38,889 bases of DNA from Myxococcales bacterium. Lineage in GTDB: Bacteria > Myxococcota_A > UBA9042 > JABWCM01 > BTVJ01. The translations under genes and the position numbers were made by a program. The stretch spans positions 1 through 38,889 of the forward strand of contig BTVJ01000068.1 of NCBI GenBank assembly GCA_045863395.1, given 5' to 3'. The notes beneath the pieces were generated by a model. The model had not been told where the DNA came from. It was given only the letters and a program-made list of their open reading frames with translations, and ran no database searches. Below are positions 18,101 to 25,381 of this stretch, piece by piece (the stretch's first letter is position 1; every line of letters begins with the position of its first letter).

Positions 18101-18823
18101 TGAGCGGACCCGGAGCCCGTTGGTCGCTTGCAGGACCACCCACGCGCTCTCCCCCGCGAGCCGACCGTCCGCCGACACGCGCACACCGCAGCCGGGGGCC
18201 CCGGCGGTGCAGGCGATCACCGACCCGGTCACGCTCAGGTCACCCGCCAGCGCAAGGTCCGGCGCCAGCTCGGCGCTCCCGACGCAGCTCGGGCAGTCCA
18301 CATCCGACGCAGCCCCCCCTTTGCTGGCGGACGCCGCGTAGCTGAAGCCCACGTCGGCGGAGGAGACGCCGCCATCGGCGATGTGTGCCGAGCCCACGGC
18401 CCCGGTGGCTATGGCGGGCCCCGCAACGCACCCGACGCAGTCCACACCCTTCGCGGTCGCGGCTCCCTCCGCGTGCAGGGCGTAGGGCACGGGGGTCACC
18501 TGCTGCCGCGGCAGGGGTGGCTCCGAGCCGAACTGCGCCTCCACCCAGGCCGTACCCGCCGCGCCGAGCGCCCCCTGGTCGAGGGGGCCCAGCACGACGT
18601 CCATCAGCCCTCCGGTCACGGCCACCCCGGCGAACACCTGCTCGTGGAGCTTGGTCCCGCCCGTCTGCGCCGTGAAGAGGCGCACCGTGAGGTCGTAGGT
18701 GCCCGCGGCGGGGCTGCCTCCGGCCGTGTCGACCCGCGCCTGGATGCGGGAGTAGGGGGGGACCGGGGCCGCCACCGCGGGGGTGGCGACGAAGATCGCT
18801 GCCGCGATCAGGAGTCGTCTCAT
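15173..18823 (-). CDS. Secreted fibre-like adhesin with two C-terminal fibrinogen-like (YCDxxxxGGGW) domains
   Basis: Signal peptide; N-module ending PRQQVTPVPYALHA; tail-fibre-type GxVG(V/I)GTxxP repeats; GLIYFNTSANSFYGCNGSTW; FCDQQTNGGGW and WCEQSLEGGGW in duplicated terminal domains. Confidence 0.8.
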   Translation of the reverse strand: MRRLLIAAAIFVATPAVAAPVPPYSRIQARVDTAGGSPAAGTYDLTVRLFTAQTGGTKLHEQVFAGVAVTGGLMDVVLGPLDQGALGAAGTAWVEAQFGSEPPLPRQQVTPVPYALHAEGAATAKGVDCVGCVAGPAIATGAVGSAHIADGGVSSADVGFSYAASASKGGAASDVDCPSCVGSAELAPDLALAGDLSVTGSVIACTAGAPGCGVRVSADGRLAGESAWVVLQATNGLRVRSLVGSTWKALEAGATAVHGALTVDGASTLTAPALITGNGAAVAGDATLTLNADAGEVHLRAVGPGTAGASLELKPGAGAAWRMVGHGSGDAGWSGGELELRDITAGKPRLVITGAGHVGVGTTAPAGPLHVVSPNDGVVDGVLATVLIGNDDPLQVPLAVTQSQADAYGATLTSLGHGLAITQATGGLASASQALLAVGVGGDTSGGVLRVQANGRIGVGTTSPGARLAVRGLANANEALLLIGGADDASRLRVTTDAGGHGALTIHDVGGVAKVSLSGGGTSSVLGSLGVGTASPGAPLDVVGGGTSQPSVKITNTAGDGVILEAHDAGGGFLRLREGNAGGERGQAILLGVRRQDSATSLRLQAVNSVDGANDEPVVQLHAYKTADPAATTANPGALTTFTGGRSLYRFSNATTALLDILADGRVGIGDATPEERLDVEGNVTLNFNQLREARLHNAGAAPAACNAGNKGLIYFNTSANSFYGCNGSTWVTLVAPGQSGSGIPGTSADTAAESCVAVRDGGGTASGPYWIDPTGGTKWDAFLGFCDQQTNGGGWLMLFNSVGDVGGQTLSFWQMPYAERFRMKGWAEPLRNFYYGELYKYGTEYMDTAADLGGNEAVLFHASAMGINATTMAMQSPTLISGGTGYSSQFASGWASLDADFDVHSGNCSTSYSSVMQHYSACWTYNIGSDADGPHADGGWGPHIYSGAAAGVFAGGGVLDGSSYTRVNRITRWVRWSGAGANSPVNPAASCQAVKTANPSAASGLYWVDPNGGNPSDAFQVWCEQSLEGGGWAMLYNSVGSSAGTTQGFWQFPYGQRLSLMGIADPSTNYYNGSLYLLGTSYMDVFWDLSNKQGVAFKATATGINTTTMKLQSPAMTGGPGTGVYSCHFADGWASYDADFDTHGSANCSTSYGNVAQHYCSCWNMNLGADAESPVNDGGWGPHVHTGTLQGVVASATTDGSSYTRVNRITRFVKW

Positions 18824-19017
18824 GGGTGGCTCCCGCGCTTGCGGATCAAGGTGGTTTCACTGGTCGTGCTCACCTTACGCCCGGGTCCCGCTCACGGTAC
18901 ACCGAGGCACGACAGCCGCAACTCCGCCGGGCTCAGGCGAGGGTCCCGCGGCGCGGCGGCAGCCCGAGAGACCTGCCCCGACGGAGCCTCGCCCTCGCCG
19001 GCGCGCAGGGACGCACG

Positions 19018-21690
19018 TCAGAACGTCGGCGCCGCGTAGCTGTTGGCCCCTGCGTCGTAGAGGCGCCCACACTTGCTCGACGCCGGCTTCTCACCGGCCC
19101 ACGAGGTGTAGAAGAGCTTGATGGTGCCGCCGTTCTCCGTGCCGTTCATGTCCTCCCGGGTCGCACCCCGCGAGCTGATCCGGTCGGCGAGGCTCCCTGC
19201 GACGCTCACGGTCTTGCCCTCGAGGACGATGCCGCCGCCCGCGCCGCTTCCACCCTTTCCACCGACCCGGTCCGAGTTGTCGTCGCGGCCGCCTCCGCCG
19301 CCGCCCGCGCCGTTGGCGAGGATCTGGCCCGTAGACCCGACGACCAGGGAGCGTGTCGCGTGCAGCAGCACGGCGCCGCCGCCCGCGGCGCCGCCGCCGC
19401 CGCCGGCCTGGTTGCCGGAGGACCCGCCGCCGCCGCCGCCGCCGGACCCGAGGAAGAACTCTCGCCCTGTCGTGGAGTCGCCGTTGCCCTGGCTCGTCCG
19501 GTAGCCGCCGCGGAAGCCCCAGCCCGCCGCGTTGCCGTTGTTCTGGCCGGCCGCTCCGCCGAAGGGGCCGGCGCCTGCCGCTCCGGGACCGTGGTCGCCG
19601 CCGTCCGGGGCATTGCCGCCGCCCGTGCCGCCGCCGCCTCCGCCCGTGGCGTTCTCGCTGCCGCCGCCTCCGCCGGCGCCGTAACCTCCGCCTCCCCCAC
19701 CGGAGGAGGTGTTGCTGGCCTGTCCGCCGCCGCCGCCTCCGCCGGCAGCGAGCTCGCCGGTGCCACCATCGCCGCCGCGCGCGTTGCCTTGCGGTGGTGA
19801 CACCCCGGACGCGGGCAGGGCACCGGATCCGCCGGCCAGCCCCGGATTTCCCACGCCGGCCGCGTTCTCCCCACCGTTGCCGCCGGAGTTGTTGCATGAG
19901 TACTGTCCGCTGGCGCCGCCGCCTCCCCCGAACAGGTTGCCCTGCCCCCCGCCCTGGAAACCGCTGCCGAACGGAGACCCACCCCCGCCGCCGCCATAGG
20001 TGGAGCAGGCGCAGTTGCCGCTGCCACCATTGCCGGCGTTCCCTCCGAGCCCATTGTACCCGCCGCGGCCGCCCTCCTTGCTGCCGCCGCACACGCTGCG
20101 GCCGCCGCCTCCGCCGCCGTAGCCGCGCCCCGTCGCGCGGATGCGCCCGTCCAGCGTGATGTCGTTGGCGTAGACCGCGAGCCAGCCGTCCTTGGGGTTC
20201 GTGACCTTGGCGTCAGAAGCGCCGATGCCTGCGGGAACCGAGTCCACCTTGCCCCAGCCCTGGACGTTCACGTCCACCCCGGAGGCGATCTGCACGCGCT
20301 CGAACCAGTGGGTGCCGTAGATGGCGTTGACGCCGCCGGTCGGCCAGTTGTTGGTGTAGCCGCCGAAGGCGTCCGGCGTGCGCAGGCCCGTGGTCGTACC
20401 GTCCCAGACCTCCTTCTCGGCGATGCGGATGCCGTTGGACGACACCGAAGACGTCTTGAAGGTCGTGCCGCAGGCGCCGCGGACCGTGACGTAGTACACC
20501 GCGCCGGTCCACGCCCCCTGCAAGGTCAAGCCGGTGACGGTCGCCGACGCCGTCGTGCCCACGTTGGTGTAGTTGATGACCTCGGTGCCGAGCGGCGTGG
20601 TCCCGATGGCCAGCTCATAGAAGGTCACGCCGGTCTGCGGGGTCCAGTTGGCCCGAATGAAGCCCTGGCCTGCCGTAATAGGGCTGTACTGGAGGAAGAG
20701 GTCCTCGTCCTCGTTGGTGGTGCCGTCGTTGACGCCGCCGATGAACGTGTTGGGGCACGTGGGCTGGCAGATGGGGACACCGGCAGACGAGATGCCCACC
20801 ATCACCTCGTTGGACTCGCAGCTCCCGCCGGTGATGCCGCCGCCCGGCAGGTTGGTCAGCTCGGACCCGTCGCCCGCGAAGGAGTTTGCGGTCACCTTGC
20901 CTTGGACGGTCAGCGCCCCGGTGAGCGTCCCCCCCGACTTCGCGAGGTAGCGTGCGTCCAAGGCAGAGATGTCGAGGTCGGTCACCCCGACACACCCCGA
21001 GCACACCACGTCGGCCGCGCTGGTTGCCGCCCCCCCTTTGGTGGCCGACCCGGCGTAGTTGAACGCCACCTCGCCCGACTCCACGCAGCCCGAGCAGTTG
21101 AGGTCGTTCGCGACGGCGGCCGTGTCCGCCGCGTTGGCCTGGAGGGCCGTGGTGGCCGCCCCTCCCTTGGTCGAAGAGCCCGCGTAGTTGAAGCCGACCT
21201 TGGCGCTGCTCACCGCGCCGTCCGCGAGCTGGTTGGTGCCCACGGACCCGTTGGCCAGGGACGAGGCCCCGATGCACCCCGAGCACTGGAGCCCGAGCGC
21301 CGTCTCTGCCGAGCGCGCGTGGAAGGCGTAGCCGGTGGTCAGCAGGGGGCGTCGCGGCAGGGCCGGCTCCGTCGACACCTTGGTCTCGAGCCACAGCTCG
21401 CCGTTGGTCCGGAAGAGGTCGGCCGGCAGGGCGTCGAGCACCACCTGGAAGCTGCCCTTGGTGACCTGGGTCCCGTTGGCGGTCTTCGTGTAGAGGGCCG
21501 TCGTGCTGGCCTGGGTGGGGTAGATCTTGAGCACCAGATCGAACTGCCCGTCTGCCGGGAGGCCGGACGCGGTCTCCAGGAAGCCGTCGACGTTCATGCT
21601 GCCCGGGACGTCCGCGCCAGCCACGCCGGGAGCCATCGCCAGCAGCGCCGCGAGTGCCAGGGCGCCACGGGAGAGGGAGGGAGTGCACAT
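19018..21690 (-). CDS. Secreted fibre-like protein with FN3-like domain and glycine-rich C-terminal domain
   Basis: RBS GGAGG 7 nt before ATG 21690; signal peptide; N-module homologous to the 18823 gene; IRANW...YELAIGT...YYVTVR is FN3-like; long GGGGG-rich tip ending GGSGAGGGIVL. Confidence 0.8.
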   Translation of the reverse strand: MCTPSLSRGALALAALLAMAPGVAGADVPGSMNVDGFLETASGLPADGQFDLVLKIYPTQASTTALYTKTANGTQVTKGSFQVVLDALPADLFRTNGELWLETKVSTEPALPRRPLLTTGYAFHARSAETALGLQCSGCIGASSLANGSVGTNQLADGAVSSAKVGFNYAGSSTKGGAATTALQANAADTAAVANDLNCSGCVESGEVAFNYAGSATKGGAATSAADVVCSGCVGVTDLDISALDARYLAKSGGTLTGALTVQGKVTANSFAGDGSELTNLPGGGITGGSCESNEVMVGISSAGVPICQPTCPNTFIGGVNDGTTNEDEDLFLQYSPITAGQGFIRANWTPQTGVTFYELAIGTTPLGTEVINYTNVGTTASATVTGLTLQGAWTGAVYYVTVRGACGTTFKTSSVSSNGIRIAEKEVWDGTTTGLRTPDAFGGYTNNWPTGGVNAIYGTHWFERVQIASGVDVNVQGWGKVDSVPAGIGASDAKVTNPKDGWLAVYANDITLDGRIRATGRGYGGGGGGRSVCGGSKEGGRGGYNGLGGNAGNGGSGNCACSTYGGGGGGSPFGSGFQGGGQGNLFGGGGGASGQYSCNNSGGNGGENAAGVGNPGLAGGSGALPASGVSPPQGNARGGDGGTGELAAGGGGGGGQASNTSSGGGGGGYGAGGGGGSENATGGGGGGTGGGNAPDGGDHGPGAAGAGPFGGAAGQNNGNAAGWGFRGGYRTSQGNGDSTTGREFFLGSGGGGGGGSSGNQAGGGGGAAGGGAVLLHATRSLVVGSTGQILANGAGGGGGGRDDNSDRVGGKGGSGAGGGIVLEGKTVSVAGSLADRISSRGATREDMNGTENGGTIKLFYTSWAGEKPASSKCGRLYDAGANSYAAPTF

Positions 21691-21790
21691 CGGAGGGCCT
21701 CCATGGTAGGCTCGCGTTCGAGCCACGACTCAGTTGTTCAACGGGGCCCAGCATAGCATCGGGCCCCACGGAATGGGAAGGGCGCGTCGT

Positions 21791-24673
21791 ATGGAGCGTT
21801 GCAGGTTCCTGGCCTTGCTAGCCTTGATGGCCATGGTGGCGTGCGTGGACCCCACCCCGGCTCCGGGTCCCGTCGAGGGGGACGCGGACGGCGGTGCGGC
21901 CGTCGATGGAGGCGCCATGGACGCGGGTGCGGACGACGCTCAGGGCGACAGTGGGCAGGACGTCGGCGATGCCGCGGTCGCCGACACCCGGGAGGACGTG
22001 GGCGCCAAGGACGTTGGCCAGGCCGACGCCGACTCGACCTCGGATGCGCCCGTGGACGCCAGCGCCGACGTGGCAGACTCCGCGCAGGCGGACACCGACG
22101 TGAGTGGCACGGCGGATGCTGGCGGAGACACCGCCTCGCCCACGGACGCTACGGACTCTGGGGGGGGCGACGCGGGTCCCGCCTGCGCCACTCCTGCGGA
22201 CTGCGACGACGGCGATGTCTGCACCACGGACTCCTGCACACCGACCGGGTGCACCCATGCACCGATCCTTTGCGACGACGGTGACGCGTGCACGACCGAC
22301 TCCTGCGGCGCGAGCGGGTGCACCCACACGGCGGTCTCCTGCGACGACGGCGACGCCTGCACCGCGGATGGCTGCGATCCGACGTCCGGGGCCTGCTTCA
22401 TGGACCTGACGATCTGCGACGACGGCGACCCATGTACGGTCGACGCCTGCGACCCCGCGTCGGGGGCCTGCGGTGCTTTTCCCAAGCCCTGCTCCGACGA
22501 CAACCTGTGCACCGCCGATGCCTGCGACCCCGGGACCGGGAGCTGCGCCAACGCTCCGCTTCCGTGCGACGACGCCGACCCGTGCACCGCCGACTCCTGC
22601 GATCCGATCAACGGCTCCTGCCAGCACGCCCCCGCCGACTGCGAAGACGGCGACCCCTGCACGGCCGATGGCTGCGCCGCGGGCGCCTGCACGCACACCC
22701 CCGCGGACTGCGACGACGCCGACGCCTGCACGGTGGACAAGTGCCAGCCCGCCGCCATCGGCTTCACGTGCGTCAACGCGCCCGTGTCCTGCAGCGACGG
22801 GGACTCCTGCACCGTCGACGCCTGCGACGAGGCGACCGGGTGCTCCCACACGCCCGACCCCGCCTGTACCTGCGTGACGCCCGCCGACTGCGACGACGGC
22901 GATGCCTGCACCTCCGATGCCTGCGTAGACCAGATCTGCTCCCATGCCCCGGTGGTCTGCGACGACGTGAACGCCTGCACCGATGACTCCTGCGCACCGG
23001 CCTCGGGCTGTGGCTACGCCCCCAAGAGCTGCGACGACGGCAGCGTCTGCACCCTGGACGGCTGCGACATGGCGACGGGGTGTACCCACCAGCCCATCGC
23101 GTGCAGCGACGGCGACCCCTGCACCCTCGACACCTGCGACGGCGCCAAGGGCTGCCAGTTCGGCCCGCTGCCCTGCGACGACGGCGACCCCTGCACGGTG
23201 GACTCCTGCAAGCCGGCGCAGGGCTGCGTCCACGAGCTGGGCGCCTGCAACGACGGCGACAAGTGCACCGAGGACCTGTGCTCCCTCGCTGGCTGCACCA
23301 ACCTGCCGCTGCTCTGTGACGACGGGAGCGCCTGCACCGACGATCTGTGCCTGCCGGACGTCGGCTGCCTCCATGTGGCCCTGGTATGCGAGGACGGCGA
23401 TCCCTGCACCCCCGACACCTGCGACCCGGCCACGGGGTGCGTCCAGGGGCCGTCCCCCTGCGACGACGGCAACCCGTGCACCCTCGACGGCTGCGTAGGC
23501 GGCACCTGCTCCCACAAGCCGGCCTGTGACGACGGCGACCCGTGCACAGTGGACGCCTGCAACGCGGCAACTGGCGCCTGCTCCCACACCCCGACGCCCT
23601 GCGACGACGCCAAGCCCTGCACCGCCGACGCCTGCGATCCCCTCGCGCCGGGCGGCTGCGTCCACATCGAGACCTGCGGCGACGGGGACCCGTGCACCGT
23701 CGACGCGTGCGTGTTCCCGGCCTGGGAGTGCGTCCACGAGCTCCTGCCGGTCTGTGGCGGGTGCGCCGAGGACGCCCAGTGCGACGACGGCGACGCCTGC
23801 ACCGACGACCGGTGCGACGGCGGCTGCGTCCACACCCCGAAGAGCTGCGACGACGGCAAGGCCTGCACGACGGACTCCTGCACCCAGCCCATGGGTGACT
23901 GCGCCCACGCCGACGTGGTCTGCGACGACGGCCAGCCGTGCACCCGCGACGTCTGCGATCCGGCGTCGGGCGGGTGCGTCCATGATCCGGCCTTCTGCGG
24001 TGACGGGGACCCCTGCACGACCGACGCCTGCGACCCGGCCACCGGCGCCTGCAAGCACACGGGGACGCCCGGCTGCCAGGGCTGCGTCACCGCCGCAGAG
24101 TGCGCGGACGGGAGCGGCTGCTCGACGGACACCTGCGCCGACGGCCAATGCAAGCACACCGTGGACTCGTGCGACGACGGGGTCCCCTGCACCATCGACT
24201 ACTGCCACTGGGAGGCGGGCACTTGCGTCCACACGTTCATGGAGGGCTGCACGGCCTGCGCCGCCGACGTGGACTGCTTCGACGGGGACGCCTGCACCGA
24301 CGACGTGTGTGTGGACGCCGAGTGCGTGTCGCTCCCGGTCCTCTGCGACGATGGCGTGGCCTGCACCGCGGACGTCTGCAATCCAGGCACCGGCGCCTGC
24401 GTCCACGCTGCGATGCCCTGCGGCGACGGCGACCCGTGCACCGCGGACGCCTGCGTGGGCGGCGGATGCACGCACACGCCGGTCCCCGGCTGCGCGGCCT
24501 GCGCCATCGATGCGGAGTGCGCGGACGGCAGCGCCTGCACCGTGGACAGCTGCCAAGGCGGAACCTGCGTCCACGCGGTGAACCAGTGCTCCGACGGGGA
24601 CCCCTGCACGACCGACTACTGCCACTGGGCCGGCGGCTTCTGCGTGCACACCCCCATCGCGGGATGTCAGTAG
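21791..24673 (+). CDS. Cys-rich lipoprotein with many CTDC-like repeats
   Basis: Lipobox MVAC; D/A/G-rich linker; roughly 30 CDDGDPCTxDxC repeats. Start could be up to 57 nt further upstream. Confidence 0.88.
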   Translation: MERCRFLALLALMAMVACVDPTPAPGPVEGDADGGAAVDGGAMDAGADDAQGDSGQDVGDAAVADTREDVGAKDVGQADADSTSDAPVDASADVADSAQADTDVSGTADAGGDTASPTDATDSGGGDAGPACATPADCDDGDVCTTDSCTPTGCTHAPILCDDGDACTTDSCGASGCTHTAVSCDDGDACTADGCDPTSGACFMDLTICDDGDPCTVDACDPASGACGAFPKPCSDDNLCTADACDPGTGSCANAPLPCDDADPCTADSCDPINGSCQHAPADCEDGDPCTADGCAAGACTHTPADCDDADACTVDKCQPAAIGFTCVNAPVSCSDGDSCTVDACDEATGCSHTPDPACTCVTPADCDDGDACTSDACVDQICSHAPVVCDDVNACTDDSCAPASGCGYAPKSCDDGSVCTLDGCDMATGCTHQPIACSDGDPCTLDTCDGAKGCQFGPLPCDDGDPCTVDSCKPAQGCVHELGACNDGDKCTEDLCSLAGCTNLPLLCDDGSACTDDLCLPDVGCLHVALVCEDGDPCTPDTCDPATGCVQGPSPCDDGNPCTLDGCVGGTCSHKPACDDGDPCTVDACNAATGACSHTPTPCDDAKPCTADACDPLAPGGCVHIETCGDGDPCTVDACVFPAWECVHELLPVCGGCAEDAQCDDGDACTDDRCDGGCVHTPKSCDDGKACTTDSCTQPMGDCAHADVVCDDGQPCTRDVCDPASGGCVHDPAFCGDGDPCTTDACDPATGACKHTGTPGCQGCVTAAECADGSGCSTDTCADGQCKHTVDSCDDGVPCTIDYCHWEAGTCVHTFMEGCTACAADVDCFDGDACTDDVCVDAECVSLPVLCDDGVACTADVCNPGTGACVHAAMPCGDGDPCTADACVGGGCTHTPVPGCAACAIDAECADGSACTVDSCQGGTCVHAVNQCSDGDPCTTDYCHWAGGFCVHTPIAGCQ

Positions 24674-24687
24674 GCGCTCCCCGGCGT

Positions 24688-24739
24688 CGCCCCTGTCAGC
24701 GTTCGGAACCTGCCTGCGAGGTCGCCTCGAAGCGCTCGG
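24688..24739. repeat. Direct repeat of the kinase 3' end (copy of 27236-27287)
   Basis: 47 of 52 nt identical; on the minus strand both copies encode ERFEATSQAGSER-stop. Confidence 0.85.
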
Positions 24740-25381
24740 GCCCGAGCTCCCTCACCCGTGCCACCGCCGGAGCGGCGACAGAAGCGCCCCGCCGGAGGTG
24801 CGCCCCCTCGTCGCGGGGGCCCGCGAAGGTGCGCCACGGGGGGAGCTCGGAGAAGGCGTCGCCGAAGTCGATGCACTGGGCGGCGGGGAACCTCTCGGTG
24901 CGGGCAGCGACGGTCGAGCCATTGGAGCGTTTGCGCTGGCCACTCCTGTGCCCGTCGCCCAGCGGCGGCCGCTCCCCCGCTGGACGACGGTGCTGTCGCC
25001 CTCAACCTGCAGCGCCTCTGGCGCGGCGGTGTCCGCGAGTGTGCGGAGTGCGCTCGCGGTGGGGGCGAGCGGCCCGTGTGCGGAGCGCATGCGGCGGAGC
25101 GCGAAGTCGCGGCGTCGGGAGGTCGACGCGCTCGCGCTCGCCATGGCTGGCTCGGGAAGGGGCAGTGGCCCACCCCCATACCGAGGTGCGAGCGACGGCG
25201 AGTGAGCTGACATCCCCCTGGTGCTCATGGCTGGGTGATCTGGCGGGGCTCCGGTTACGACCGAGGCCGGATCACCTCTCCCGCATTGCCCTGCGGGGCC
25301 ACTTCGCGCGTGACGGCGTGGGCGTTCGGACTGACAATCGAGGCGTCGAGATCCCGAATGCACGGCGGTGGAGGTGCTCTC

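Noticed and set aside
12869..24673. Periodic TGCGACGACGGCGAC-type repeats as a CRISPR array
   Set aside because: They are degenerate in-frame codons of CDDGDPCT protein repeats; no constant repeat/spacer structure and no cas genes.
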